A DNA stretch of 63,773 bases, filler included, from Octopus bimaculoides (GCF_001194135.2; 5 parts of 4 records of this genome joined end to end with filler, not necessarily neighbours in it); one strand, 5' to 3'. Counted from the whole stretch's first letter, positions 38,131 to 53,789 are shown. Numbers and translations are program-made. The notes: a model not told the origin generated them from the sequence alone.

Positions 38131-39788
38131 GTATATATGTATGTATATATATATGTATGTATGTACGTACGTACGTACGTACGTATGTATGTATGTATGT
38201 ATGTATGTATGTATGTACATATGTATGTATGTATGTATGTGTGCGTGCGTGTCTGCATGTAAATGTAAGGAAATCTGCAGTAGATGTATGCGTATAAAGT
38301 GTTAATAATGTATGATGTTATGATCCTTGTGCTTTCAGTGAAAGCAAATTGGGAAAAAATAATGAAATAATTTTATCAATGTGAAGAATCTGTTCTGTTC
38401 TTTTGTTAAAGCGAATGTCAAAACGAGTGCCAAACTGTAAGAGAAGTTAGCTGCAAAATATAATGACTATCACGTCACTTCTCTCTGCTGACTATCTTGT
38501 CCACTACCGGTTGTTCAGTAGTCCGGTAGCTGAGTTATCAGGTGCATATGTTCACATATAGCAGTATGGTAATCGCTGATTGTTTGAAAAAAATTAATTA
38601 AATTAATTCGGATGCCAAGCAAATCAGTGAGAACCAATTTATATTGCTGCATACTTAGAAGGTAGTCTTCCCTTTTCAGGAAGAGAACGCCCCAAAGTGT
38701 TAGTTTATATCGGCTACACTTTAATCCTTTATTGTACAAACCTTTCATCCTTCTATTTGTTATGTGTTCTATTTTTTTTAGACAACTTTTTATGTAGATA
38801 TTCTCATTCTTGCAATAGTGTACCTCTGAACATCTGATGTTGCCCACTAATTTTCATAGTTGTCACGTATCACAGAGCTACTGAATTTTGGAGTAATTTT
38901 TGGACAGCTTATTTTCAGTTGGGATTTAAACCGTAGTATATCACAAAAGTAACCCCTACAGTAGAAACTCAAACTGAAATAGTATTAAAAGCAACGTTCT
39001 AGATGTCTGCTGTATTATTGCTTTCACTATGATATTCAGATGTATCTGTATACTTTTATTATTTAGAAATCTTTCCTATAAGTTGGATCGACAGTTTGCG
39101 TATCCTATCCAACTGTATTATTATCAATCAACTGGGTCTCTACCAGGCTGAATATGTATTTTTATATAGTGCCACTTCACCACATTCAAATAATTATTCA
39201 ACAGCTGAATGAGTTAACCAGGAAGATTTTATTCACTTCCTCAATGTAGCAACATAATCTTACTACCGACTGGAAATTAAAAGCTCAAGTATTTTAAGTC
39301 CTAAACCAAAGTATAACCGTGACGTGGGTCATTTAATTAAATACGATATTTGATACAATGTGACATTATACATCAAATACTGAATAAGACCACCCATAAA
39401 ATATCAAAAAATAACTTGATAAGGTGGAATTATTTGCTACTTGGAGTGTGAGGCAGTCTAAGACAAGCAGAATAAATGTGAGTTAGAAATATAACAGTAT
39501 AGTTTCGACTCATTATTTAGAAAACGATAGAACAGCACTTTACGATTACAACGAAGAGTAAGTAAAAAAAAAAATAGGGTAAATATTGTTACGAGTAAGC
39601 TGATTTTGTTAATTTAATATCACTTCTACATGGTGATGTTTAAGATTACTGAAGATATTTCCCTAATAAAGAGCTCTTGTCAAAGCTGGTTGCAATGATA
39701 AAAATAACTAGTATTCATTTTTCAAATCTCTTAAGTTAAGCTAATCATTAATAGCGTGACTAAAACACTAGAACTTTAAACACTCGCA

Positions 39789-39881
<93 letters not shown>

Positions 39882-41158
39882 GAATGTTGTTTAGCCTTCA
39901 ATTTGTCGGATATCGAATCAACAACTGGAATATATTTGAAACAAACTGTTGAGACAAACTTGCAAATAAAACTTGTCAAATTCAAATGAAAATAAAAGGT
40001 TAATATTTTGACGTGAAAATTTTGTATGAATGTTCAAGGAAATTGCAGCCAATCGATTAAAGTTACTACTTTCCAAACTTCTTTGTAGTACCACCAGTCA
40101 AATCATCTTTTGACTTGTTGATGATCTCTTGAATGGTGTAAACCAAATAGGAAAATATCTGATAGCAATACTGAAAACATTAGAATTTAGTCAGTTTTAC
40201 TTCAGACAAAGAATACAAATCATTAGAACCCCTAGAAAAGTGACGCGACAGTATAGTTCACTAAGTGTGCTATTTAGTGATTGCATGTTGGCAAGAAGAC
40301 CAATTAGTTGTGGTTGTCTATACTATCGACTTGATGTCGTTGTCTCGCTACATCACTGTATTTTTCATCAGGTTTTGTAATCTGAGATTTCATATGCTTT
40401 AGTAAACAAGTTAGTTGAATTTCACGCTGTATCATTGAAAAACGCCTGGTCTGTATAACAGAGCCTATCGGTCATAAATAATATGAATGGAGACTTTCTG
40501 AAGAAAATATCCAGAAAGAAGAAAAAGAAAGAAATTTAGCATTTTGTTATCCTAGCATGGCGCCAGCTTTTTCAATGTATACAGATTTTGAAAAGAAATA
40601 TCTGCAACACATAACTTGAAGAAAGTAGCAGGAATGGTGATGAATCAGTAACTTTTTATATGTCTGTTATTGATTATGACTAATTTGAGAAGTTAAATGA
40701 AAAATGTAATCAGCAATTGGAGAAAGCGTAAGTTCTCATGATACTGGTTCATGACTGTCGTAGAAAATTGACTTGCTTCTCTTGGATATTACATCTCACA
40801 AACATAAAGCTAACAAATTGATATATGTAGTAAATGCATAGCATTACCTAATTATTAAGCTATGTATTAATCTTATGTGTTGATTCTTCATGATAGAATT
40901 TCTTTGATTTAACCATCAATGGCGGTGAATACGTAAGCATTTTGTCTGTTTGAAATAAATAAAAATAAGAACTTATCTGTAGTAACAAATGTATATACAA
41001 GATGAAACACTCCTATATGTATATATATATANNNNNNNNNNNNNNNNNNNNNNNNNNNNNNNNNNNNNNNNNNNNNNNNNNNNNNNNNNNNNNNNNNNNN
41101 NNNNNNNNNNNNNNNNNNNNNNNNNNNNNNNNNNNNNNNNNNNNNNNNNNNNNNNNNN

Positions 41159-41191
<33 letters not shown>

Positions 41192-41833
41192 GTAGGTAGG
41201 TAGACAAAAAGCTACTTTGAAAAGCAATAACATGTGAAAGCCTCAGACGTTATTTGTATATAACATAATTAATTTTTATAATAAAAGAACAAAAGAAAAT
41301 GAATAGCTCACAAATAACTTTTTAGAAACATTGAGCCAACAAGCAAACTTTAAGAAAAGATAATTTCTTTTCTTAGTTATTGAAGTAATACGATAAGAAA
41401 AATAATTCATCATCAAGAAACGTCTGTATCATTAAATAATAGGCTATTGATCTATTGTTTATCGTCGCAGTCAATAGTTATTTTTAGAGACAGCTTATAT
41501 TGTCTCAAATGGCAGTGATGAAGTAGACTTTTAATACTTATAAGCTACTCAATTTCCAACTATTCATAAAAAAAGCCGAAAAAAAAAATCGCAGTAATTA
41601 TTTGGAGGAGAGTCCATTAGAAAAAATTATTAAAATATTTTTCCTTTTCTGATATCAATTTTATCTTGGTCACTTTTATCTTTCGCTTCATTTCACACAT
41701 ATACACTTACAGAAACAAATCAGTAAAAAAATATATTTCAAGCTTAGTCTACTTGAATCCGTAGATGAAAAATGTCACACAATACATGCCAATTACATAC
41801 CACATACATACAATACACATACATACGTGCGCG

Positions 41834-41923
<90 letters not shown>

Positions 41924-42274
41924 GGCTCTAAACTTACATTTGGTTTTATCTGTATTATGTGTGTATAATGGTAGTTCCTAAACCATAATGTTACAAGATC
42001 ATCTTTTCTTCACGCAAAAGTACAAATCATTCAATTTAATTGATTGTTATTGTATACGACTATAACTACCAGTATATTTAGCGCCAAGTTGTTGGCTCAA
42101 AATTTAAACATTTTATTTCCAAAGCAATAATTTCTGACAATGCAACATAATAAAAACAGAAATAACTAATTTAAAATAATTAACAATATTATTAATAACT
42201 ATTAAAACACACAAATATCTTTAATTACACTGTATTTTTAATATTTGTATTTTTAATATTTGTATTTTTAATAA

Positions 42275-42700
42275 GGCGGCGAGCTGGTAGAAACGTTAGC
42301 ACGCGGGGCAAAATGCTTAGCGGTATTTCGTCTGTCTTTACTTTCTGAGTTCAAATTCCGCCGAGGTCGACTTTACCTTTCGGGATCGATAAATTAAGTA
42401 CCAGTTGCCTACTGGGGTTGATCTGATCGACTGACCCCCTCTACAAAAATTTCGGGCCTTGTGCCTAGAATAGAATAGATTATTAATGTTCCTAAAGACT
42501 GTCAGCTGGCAGAATCATTAACATACCAGATAAAATGCTTAGCATCATTTCTTCCAGCTTTACGTTCTGAGTTCGATTGCTGTTCAGGTCAACTTTGCCT
42601 TGGGTCAATATAATAATAAAAAAAAAACAGTTGAGCACTGGGATCAATGTAATCGACTTATACCTTCCCCTAACTTGCTGGCCTTGTACCAAAATTTAAA
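42275..42700 (+). mobile_element. Two SINE family B copies (first is the best preserved)
   Basis: AAGGCGGCGAGCTGGTAGAAACGTTAGCACG...GAGTTCAAATTCCGCCGAGGTCGACTTT...TAAGTACCAG...GGCCTTGTGCC. Confidence 0.9.
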
Positions 42701-43899
42701 ATCATTATTGTTCCTAATTTTGTAACAGAAGGGCATCTGGCACAAACATGGAAATTAGTACATCCTCGGGTGAAGCAAGGAACAGTTTGCATATAGTTAT
42801 GAGCTATTCATTCTCAGCTGATAGTTACCACTACAACCACTTGTTCATATACGTGCTGCTTTTCCACTATGAATATTCGATCGATACTACGTCAACTTCA
42901 GTTCTATTGAACAAGTTAGTTGTCTATCACCTCTATTCAAAGTACATTCGACACATTCCTGTCACCTTCTCTCGGTACACCATACTAACCATTTGATAGA
43001 ATACTTCCTATCAAGAACATCAAACTTGTTTATGTCGATGTTACCCCCGCAAGACTTATAAATGTTCAAACTGAGCATCATCGGTATTAGAGACTTGTGA
43101 AGGACACTGGAACATTCTCTACACGAAAACATTAAAAAGAAATGAACTTTGAAAAGTACTTATGTTTCGAAAATGCAATAAAGTCAATAAATTGGGTGTA
43201 TCCCTGAGTTTCATTACACAATAGGACTATATATATTGAAATATACTTAAACACAAAGACGCATCGACGGTAAAAATCACTGTTCAGCTTCTGAATGAAG
43301 CTCTGGCACGCAGTTGTTCACGAACACAGAGCTCCTAAAGCACACGAGACATCTACCAGATATCCCTTGATGAGGCGACTGCTGAGGGGATGATGGTTTC
43401 ACTTAAAAAACAATTTTCTGTTAAGCCTCCTACAGATAACAACGGGAGAGAGAACATGAATGTATAGAAGGTGTTCAAACTAAATACACGCACACACACA
43501 GACACATACATATATACATACACACACACGCACACATATGTCTCATATTTAAATGTGTGTACCTGTCTTTATGAATACGGGTGCGTGTGTGTCTATTTCC
43601 ACAGGGTTTGTGTGATCTATCTAGTGCAGTAGCACAGTAGTAACGTAATGCTTGTAGCTAGTGAGGTTGAATACTCTCTTCTTGCTGTTTTCTGCTTTTA
43701 GCTAATTTACTGGCTTACGTCCAGCATAAATGGTAAAAAGAGGAGTCGAGTCTGTAAGCTTGTCTCATTATAGAATTTCCTCATCACTAACATTTCTGCA
43801 ATACTTCCAAAGACAGAAATTGGGTACTTCACGACCCCAACTAAACTAGAAGAGTTCTTAGAGTTATATTGCAACCCAGAAATGTGAAGTGAGTGCTTA

Positions 43900-44930
43900 C
43901 AAGTATCTGGGCACTTCTGGATACTTCCTGTCACATGTAAATCAGTGTGTCAAATAAATTGTCTCAGCTTTGTGACAAGTTACTTCAGACAAGAGATGTT
44001 ACGAGACACCTTTACAGAATACCCATGTATTCTGGCAGTATGCTATAGATAGCCAAACAAAGGATTCTGCAGTCAGAAGGTGACATTGGTCGTCCTAGGA
44101 CATCCAGCCGCCATGTTTTTCCTACGAGAAGGAAGATAGAGCTTTTGAGAATAGAACACATTTTATGGGACTTCAGTTCAAGCGTATCCACCCACGACCA
44201 TGATGAACCTGGTCGATTCTTCCAAAGCATTCGACAATCGGAAAAGATTAACTTTAGCAGCAAATTCGTTTCATCATTTAATGTAAGATAGCTATAGTGG
44301 GCGAAATCTCGTCCCAGGAATATTCTTTCATATCCATCACACAACAAAGGTCCATACATCAAGAAGTTTACCTGCAACTATGTTGAAGTAGTACAGCCAG
44401 CTAACACTGCGTACAGTTCCTTGAGAAAACCATCGATTAAGGCCACCTGGGAGATCTTAATCCTTCATAACGACGAGAGCATGCCTATCATTAGGAAAGT
44501 AAAATATTTGTGCATATTTGCCTGAATATAAATTGCATAAATTGCAGCAGAATCTTTTGGTTCTAACAAAAAGCGCCTTTACAAACTTTGGGCAATGTAT
44601 CTTCTCAACATACCTAAACCAGTTGGCTCTATTTCCAGGTTTCATGCTGAAAAACAACTCACACATTTTCTGTTAAACGTGTGTCAACTCACACAATCGG
44701 TTTACTCAAGAAAAATCATCTTAAGTTATCCTTCTACATTCCTCTAGTTTCACCACATGTATACATAACTGCTACGTTTAAATGCTTATAACATAATAAA
44801 TGTATCAAAGACATCCAAGGACCAAGCAGAATGTTAAACCAGACGGCATGGTACATAAGTATATCACACGAGTTTACGACCCAGAAAATATAATATAATT
44901 TGGATTTTGTCTTGGTTGAGAAGAACCACA
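43900..44930 (+). mobile_element. Heavily decayed CR1/L2-type LINE RT region (42720-43130 may be its endonuclease part)
   Basis: VDSSKAFD at about 44212-44235 followed, at expected spacing, by traces of the GVPQG region and thumb; many stops and frameshifts. Confidence 0.5.
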
Positions 44931-47900
44931 CCAAAATTTATTGAGGCACTCATAAACGAGATATAAATATAATCCAGTTAGATTTACAGGTCAGAAAATA
45001 TGACATATAAATCTAGTTAGGGTGTTCTAGAAAGTAATATGAAAGAGACATCACTATCAGACGAACGAGATAAGATATAAAACTGAAGAGAGAAGTAGAA
45101 ATAAATCACATAGTTTTATTGAGACAGGGGTGGCATTAGTTTTCCCCAATAGATACTTCAGAAGTAGAAAAATAATCGCAATTATTACGTATTTTTATAG
45201 CGTTTAAGGTGTTTATATATGAAAGTATCTGAAATACTAAGAATTATTTTAATGCAGTAACAAATAGTACTTAGCATAATGTTTTATCTTGGAAAAAAAT
45301 CATGTTAGTAACATTAAATAAAAACTGACAAATTTATAAGATTTAAACTCATTTTTATTCCATACAAATGACACTGAATAGACTAAAACCGATTTTTTTC
45401 AAATGTATTTCCTTTTTGAACAATAATTATGTATATTTTCTTTAGGATAAAAACACAATTGAGATAAATTATTGACAGCCTAAAGAGAAATCTTACTGAA
45501 ATTCTGTATTGCTGGAGGTATGGTAGTCCTCATTCTGAAAGTTAACATATTTTTAACTTGCTGTCTGCTGTCAAATTTATTGGCAATTTTTCTTAACCAT
45601 ACAATTATTCACAGGTAAGGAAATAATGTAAATATTGTAGGGGTCTGAAGCAATGGCGTTCTTAACGCAAAAAATATCAGACTGAATGTTAATAAAAGTG
45701 AAGCAGTTATATATAGTGAATCTTCATCAAAAATCGAAGGTTATATGTATGATAGTTAATATTAATCTGTACAAATAGAAAATGAATAAACAAAAATTAC
45801 TATAGAAGAAAATTAGATTGCAATATAGTCCTGGGAATATAAATATTTCGGCTTTGGATGGCAATTATGTGTTTTAAAGAAGGTCATATGTCATGACAAA
45901 ATAGAACTCATTATCGCATGTTTATTAAAGGGCATGAAGACATGTAAATACATTCCTCATGCAGAGACGAACGCATACATCAATGGTTGCTAAACCATTT
46001 TACCAATGAAATTTTTATCCCTTTGCATTTTTATGAAATCATGCAATAATAGCTATGCAATATATAAATTATGTAATTATGCATTATATACATACAACAA
46101 GAAGCAACTACCAGAGATTTAGTTTTCCTTAGAGCCTCTTAGAGATTAAAAGGCATGCATTAAAGCGTAAAGTTTATATATATATATAGATATATATGAG
46201 ATATATAAAGATATATATCTTGAAGAATAGCAAAAGAATGCTTTGAAAATATGGACATGGTTCAACTTTTAAGAACACGAAAATAATTATTAATATTTCA
46301 CCAACAGATGTATTATAAATATTATACCTATATTTTGTTGAATATTGACAATAATGTAGTCTCAACGTTCATTATAATGTAAAATATTCAGGGGAAAAAC
46401 AGTCAACCTTCCGCAATTTATGAAAAAAAAATGATTTGTGCAAATAGTATTTGTAACCAAGCCATATTTTTATATAGGGTAAATAGATATGTTTTAATTA
46501 TCTTATGAAATCGAGTAAATCTTATCAAATGTGTTCAGATATAGGCTGTTCTAAAATTCTTATTCTAAATAAAGACCAGGATCACCAAGACTTCATTTCT
46601 TCCAATTTCTACAGAAATTGTACATAAAAGGAAACGAATTGCACAGGAAAACCTGTTTCTATATAAAAATTTTATTTCTTATGAAAACGATTCACTAATG
46701 TTATGTAAATAGCATAAATCTATATTTCTATTTTATTTTTATTACTCCTTTTGCACAAAAAATATTTTCACATGGATGCATTAAATGCAATGCTGGTCTT
46801 CATACTGGGGTATGTTTCAATAAATGACATTCAAAGTAATATGTAAGTCACCTGGATTAGTGAATAAAAAGTTAGGTGTTGTTTTTTTTTGTTTCTTAAA
46901 ATGATTTTTTTTCTCGAACAAAGGCTCATGTACCCGTGGGTCAAAATGTTTTCAAAATAAAATAAGCAACTGCTTTTATGATGATATATTTAAGAATATA
47001 TTTGGCATTAGCAGATTAAAATATATATATTATGTACTGTTACTGATGGATAAACGTAGTATTAGTATTAGTTTAAAGAAAATGTTCTCAACATTTTCTT
47101 CACAATATATTTATTCAATATATTTATTCATACTTAGAGTACGATATAAAACAAATGCGATTCCTCAAAAGAGGTACTTGGTATTTTCTACAAGATATGC
47201 TGACTTAAGAAATTCCCATGACATCCAATTGTAAAATTTTGTTCTATGCAAATTGATAACCGGTTAAATAAGTAGAACGAACACATGCAGTAACATAGCA
47301 TACAATGAAAGAAAACACGAAATACATGAAATATAGATCACGCCAGGCTTAGGTTTATGTATTAACTCCATATAAATAACAGTGGATTAAATCCATGAGC
47401 ATAAGTTGCAATTTGTAACTACAAGTTCTAGTTATCATTTCTAAAAATGATGATATGTAAGCTTGTTGAAACCTAAGGAATATATCACCATAGATCCCAG
47501 TGAGAGTAGTAAGCATAGCCATCACAAATTTGGGAGAAATATAAAATTTGAATGTATTAAAATAACATTTTAATGTATTTACGGTTTATTATTATGGAAA
47601 GCTTCAGAAACATACTAACAATGCACATAAATTGGAGAAAACTCAAAGCCTAGAAAGAACCTAGGCCTGAACAGTTGCTGTCTGGAGTGAACAAAACTAT
47701 TGAGTTGACAGTTAATATGAGTACATTAATAACATTGATATTTTGCAGCTCTAGGAAACAAAGCAGAAATTGAATGTATCATTGTAATCTATGCTGCACC
47801 AAACTGTTCACTTATTAATAACATTGATATTTTTTAGCGCCAGGAAAGCAGAAATGAGATGTATAATTGTGATATAAACATTACCAAAACCGTTTACTAT

Positions 47901-48479
47901 CAGCGTTACATACTAGACGCACTCCAGTTTGATGCAAGTTGACGCAGAAGAAATCCGCGCGCATGAAATAATGAAGCCATTTTTTATTTACTTGAAATCA
48001 CCGAAATCAAAGCCTAGTGTCTACATCTAGGCACAAGGTTTGGGAATAGGAAAATACTTCAGACTTTGTCTCTCACATACATATACATGCATACATTCAC
48101 TCATTCATAGATACATACATGCATACATACATACATACATACATACATACATACATACATACATACATACGTGCATACACACACACACGCACACACACAT
48201 ATAGGTACATAAGTGTATGTATATTCACACACATGTAAGATTATAAAATGACGGACGGCAATAAAATAATCAAGTTAAGGTTTAGATAGAATACGATAAG
48301 GTGGTAATAAAAGAATTGGTGTTAAATCATGATAAATGTGATGAGAACAAAGGAGCTAAGAAAATGAAATAAACTGAAATGGTAAAAAAAACCCGATGGA
48401 AAAAAGACATTTTGATAAAGAAAACAACAACATTACACGAATAGATGAAATCGATTGAAGTTATTTTAAAAGATAAAGC

Positions 48480-48800
48480 TAAATCACCTGCCTCTAATAG
48501 GAATCTTAACCAGAATTTGACAGTGCTTGACCCCAAATATCTCCTTGCTATGGATTCCATTCAGTTCTTGTTTCTTCAGTCGAATCCGTCTTTCAGATCT
48601 CATACTCGCAGCGAACTCAAATGGAAAATTGTTTGAGCCACTTTCTATCAAATCTTCTATGCGCCAAGGTTTGATTAATTTACCCACACTATTTTCTTTT
48701 CATTAACAATCAGCTCTTTGTTCTACCAATGCTCAATATTATGAAGATGATATCACCCTTCTCTCTTCCATGAACTTCTAAACACTGGATTCATCTTCAA
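48480..48800 (+). mobile_element. Decayed LINE RT relic
   Basis: YEDDITL at 48740-48760 resembles YADD.TL; little other support. Confidence 0.3.
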
Positions 48801-48861
48801 GCCACCGTAACAAGTACGACATATCTACACTTTCTTTAAGAACAGAAATATCGAATAGTTT

Positions 48862-48912
48862 TCCAATAGTTATGACAATCCAATAGTTATGACAATCCAA
48901 TAGTTATGACAA
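48862..48912. repeat. Three perfect tandem copies of TCCAATAGTTATGACAA (17 bp)
   Basis: Seen directly. Confidence 0.95.
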
Positions 48913-51777
48913 TCTTGTTTCTATGAACATCACCAATATACACTCGCTGCACATATTAACCAAACGACCTTCTACGTCATCCTCTCTAGTTTTAGACATT
49001 ATACAATTCAAATCGATAATTTCGCTGCAGATGTTGGCTTTTATCATACCTGATGCATTCTCTTAGCAATCACAAGTTAATAGCATGACAAAATCAGCGT
49101 CTCAAGACTAATGTTCTTCTCAGAGGCAGTAAATGTCTCATTCCCGAAAAACTGCTAGTACTCTAAAAAAAACAAGTGAGATCCATAAAGCTCTCTGTTG
49201 TTATGCACACACGCTGGACATCAACTGAATCATTCTAACTAGTCTCAAAAAGAGAACCAATGTCATGGATATAGTTTCTTCTTCCTCATTAAAAATTATA
49301 ACGCGAAAGGAAATCACGATAAAACGATATAATCATCTGCAGATTTCAGTGACGTGAATCAGGTAAATTCCCACGGCATAAATGACTGCGAAAATATTTA
49401 CTGCCAATGAAGGAAAAGTATAACATAATTCCTGCAAGATTTTCGTTAAAACATTTCATAAATAGGTTTATTTGACTGGTTTCTATAGGAGAATCAGTGA
49501 TTTTGATAATCACGAATCTAATGAATTTTGATACAAGGCAAGTGTCAAAGAAATAGATAAATTTTATTTCTATTTAAATGTAAATTTGTTAATCGAGGAA
49601 AATAAAATATATATACAAATTATGTCCCTTACTTGATTTTGAAAGATAATTTTTTTAACGTAGCTTAAAAAGGAGTAAACTGACACAGGCATCCATACAT
49701 TATACTAGAAATAGTTTTCTCACAAAATATACAAGATAAATGAACAATTAGCTAAATATTTGTTTTTAAAAGTTAATAAACTTTCATGTCTCTCAGCCAT
49801 CTGCAAAAAGTAAAAAAAACCCAAAAAACAAATCATTAATAGACAGCATTAATCAAATGTCAAAGGCAGATTTTGGAAATGGTGTGTAAATAAAAGATGA
49901 AAAAACATGTAATACCGATTAACATTTCCATGTAAACAATTTCAAAATTGTTTTTTTATTAAAAGACAGTAGCGTATAACTTTCTATTCATAAACTTCTT
50001 CCACTGAATTCAGAAATTTAAAATTCAATCAATATTTTATTTATTCCGCATTGATTTTCATTAAAAGCACAGCATTTCCAAATCAGTTGACATTAGTGTT
50101 CAATAAAAGCCACATCAATGTGCTTTTGAAATCACTTCACCGGAGTGTTACAGCAGATATTAATCCAAAATGAAATACACTCTTGTTTAATTTTTCAATA
50201 GGAATGCGCTCACTATAAAATCTCCCCCATTCTCTGTCTCCCATCATCGCTTTCTCATAACAATGTAGTTTTGTTTTTAACGCTTTTATATATTTTTTTC
50301 AAAATGTGTGAATACATACAATGTTACATTTTTTCTCTCCCCCGAAAGACTTATTCACACCCCAAGCAATAATCATTATTAGTATTTAGTTTTGTTCCTG
50401 CTATTTTTATACCAAAGTTTTGTCACTGAAATACGTGAGAATAATATAAATATGAAATGGACTATTGATTAAAAGCTCCCAAAAATATTGGAAAAGAAAT
50501 AAGATGTAGAATTATTTTGCTAAAGATTATTTGTGCATTTTACTTCGCTTGATAGAATAATGGAAACAAAAAATGAATAGAATTGTAAAGCCATAAAAAT
50601 GTTTTAGTATTATTGTTTCCGAGAAGTATTTTGGCTTTCAAATACAAAACAGGCAGAAAAAGAATTGATGAAAGAAAAAAAAATCATTAAAATCTTCATC
50701 CAGCTTCTTACACCTGCTGTACGATACTGACGTAGTTGCTATTCTCCTGAAGGCTCTTCTTGGTTTTCATATTAAAATAATAACGTTAGTCGATAATGAA
50801 ACTGAAATAATTGTTCAAGTTGAAGATTACTTCAGTTATTTCTGTATCTTGAATGGAATCTGAAAAAGAAACAATTTATTCAATTTGACGTCAATCCCAC
50901 GTTTATCAGGTTTGTTTCTGAGATGAACAAATATCAATATTACTGCTGGCATGTAAAACAATCGAACATCGTTATGAAGCAAAATGTCTGCCGAGAGGAA
51001 ATGGGAAGAGCAAAGATCAAACTGTGTGATTGATAGATCTTAGTTTGAAATGCTATAGCTTCTGTTATGCTAATTAATTATTTGGACTACATTCTAATAA
51101 CAGATATATCGTAAGAGTTAGTTGAAATATAAATAACCTGAATAAAATCTGACATCAATTTTGCTAATCTAACTCTAATGAATCATGAATTGCTCATGAC
51201 GTAATGGACTATAATTTCGTACATTTAATGTAGTTTTTCTACCTCGCTATATACGATGTCATCTCGAATATTTGGTAAATATTTATCATTTAGTATTTAT
51301 TAAATACAACAGAATCCACAGAGACTGGAGGTGGTCAGCGTCACCAAGACATTTGAGAAATGTAATGCTGTATTGAAGAAACAGGCCGTTGCCATGCCGA
51401 CCGTTTTCCAGAGCACATTTGGAGTACACTGCTGCGTACACCAGGCCTACCTGACGTCACCCACTTGAACTTGCTGAACTTAAACGGGTTTATTACTTGC
51501 TGGTTTACACGTGTTTGCGCAGGCATACACACGCATACATACATACATAGATATTTATGCAAGTTCATATGCACAGAGACCTGTAAATACCGGGAGATCC
51601 GACACACTGGAATATAGATAAATGTGTACGCAAGCATGCAGAAAAATAGTGTATAAATAAGTAGGAAATAACACTAAATAGCCAAATAAATAAGTCTTTG
51701 TATATATTATTGATAGTAGGCATTTTAACCATACACATACATACACTTATACACGCTCTCTTTCTCTCCCTCTCTCT

Positions 51778-51808
<31 letters not shown>

Positions 51809-51942
51809 CCTCTCTCTCTCTCTCCCCTCTCTCTCTCTGTATNNNNNNNNNNNNNNNNNNNNNNNNNNNNNNNNNNNNNNNNNNNNTTAATTAATTAANN
51901 NNNNNNNNNNNNNNNNNNNNNNNNNNNNNNNNNNNNNNNNNN

Positions 51943-51973
<31 letters not shown>

Positions 51974-52099
51974 CATATAGATATATATATACACATATAT
52001 ACATATATACATATATACATATATACATATATACATATATATATATATACAAATATATATATATATATACATATATATGTGTGTATATATATGGCTTTT

Positions 52100-53085
52100 A
52101 TTCTTTTATTCTTTTGCTTCTTTCAGTCATTTGACTGCGGCCATGTTGGAGCTCCGCCTTTAGTCGAACATATCGACCTCAGGACTAATTATTTGTAAGC
52201 CTAGTACTTATTTTATTGGTGTCTTTTGCCGAACAGCTATGTTACGGGGACGTAAACACACCAACATCGGTTGTCAAGGGATGGTGGGGTACAGACACAC
52301 AAACATACACTTACATATACGTACAAGAAGGCGAGCTAGCAGAAACGTTAGCATGCCGAGCAAAATACTTAGCGGTATTTTGTCTGCCGTTACGTTCTGA
52401 GTTCAAATTCCGCCGAAATCGACTTTGCCTTTCATCCTTTGGGGGTCGATAAATTAAGTACCAGTTACGCACTGGGGTCCATGTAATTGACTTAATCCCT
52501 TTGTCTGTCCATGCTTGTTCCTTCTACCTTAGCCCCTTGTGGGTAATAAAGAAATAAGAAACATACTTACATATATATATATATANNNNNNNNNNNNNNN
52601 NNNNNNNNNNNNNNNNNNNNNNNNNNNNNNNNNNNNNNNNNNNNNNNNNNNNNNNNNNNNNNNNNNNNNNNNNNNNNNNNNNNNNNNNNNNNNNNNNNNN
52701 NNNNNNNNNNNNNNNNNNNNNNNNNNNNNNNNNNNNNNNNNNNNNNNNNNNNNNNNNNNNNNNNNNNNNNNNNNNNNNNNNNNNNNNNNNNNNNNNNNNN
52801 NNNNNNNNNNNNNNNNNNNNNNNNNNNNNNNNNNNNNNNNNNNNNNNNNNNNNNNNNNNNNNNNNNNNNNNNNNNNNNNNNNNNTATATATATATGTATA
52901 TATATATACACATATATATATACGATGGGCTTCTTTCAGTTTCCGTCTACCAAATCCATTCACAAGACTTTGGTCGGCCCGAGGTTATAGTAGAAGACAC
53001 TTTCCCAAGGTTCCACCCAGTGAGACCGAACCTGAGACCATGTTGTTGGTGAGCAAGCCTCTTACCACACAGCCACTATGGGTAT
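52100..53085 (-). mobile_element. SINE family A (tail 52100-52310, head 52920-53085) with a plus-strand family B copy (52325-52560) nested in its internal microsatellite
   Basis: Both halves match 56640-57060; family B head GAAGGCGAGCTAGCAGAAACGTTAGC lies between them; an N gap intervenes. Confidence 0.75.
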
Positions 53086-53126
53086 ATTGATGAAAAAAGG
53101 AAAATAGAACTCAAAATATGAGTATA

Positions 53127-53267
53127 CGGTAACGACTCGATATACGAGTTAATTCGGTCCCGGAGAACGCTCGTAAAACGAAAACTCGTAAACAAAATAT
53201 AAAACTCGTAAAAGCCGTAAACCCGGGTGTCTCGTAAAGTGGATTCTCGTAAAGTGAGTTATTACTG
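53127..53267. mobile_element. Tigger/mariner-type MITE flanked by TA
   Basis: TA-CGGTAACGACTC...GAGTTATTACTG-TA; internal CTCGTAAA occurs five times. Confidence 0.65.
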
Positions 53268-53789
53268 TATGTATATTTTTATTAATATTTAGCAGGAGTA
53301 ATATTATTTCCACCAAGGAAATATATTTATCACCAGCTATATTTATTACCTCACAAGTCTTCGGCCTGTAATTAGTTTTGGTAAGTGCCAACGCACGAAA
53401 CTCTCCGAACTTGAGACACTCTGTTACTTCTGCTAAATATTGGGTTGTTTGGAAAGTTTGTGCCGATTTATAGTAGCTTACCTTTCGACTTATTTGCCAT
53501 GAAACCACCTCAATTCCGGGAAGAGGCTATTTTCAAGTTAAAGGAAAGATGGAGACGCATTGTGCAACAAAATGGTTCATATTTGGTTGATTAAAAATGT
53601 AATGGCAAGTATTTATTGACCTTTTTCTTTCCTTTAAAAGTCGACACGAAATTTCCGGACGACTCAATATTAATAAAAATATATACACACTCATATATAT
53701 ATCTGTTCTTCGTGCCTACATTTTGATGAGCTCTATCGACAAACTGAATATTAGCATGGAGAATTACCATCTACCGTACTTAGTGATAT

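Noticed and set aside
43707-44666. Three minus-strand ORFs, one with NLYSGKYAQ resembling a PolB or viral motif
   Set aside because: The opposite strand carries ordered LINE RT traces (SKAFD); these ORFs are antisense shadows.
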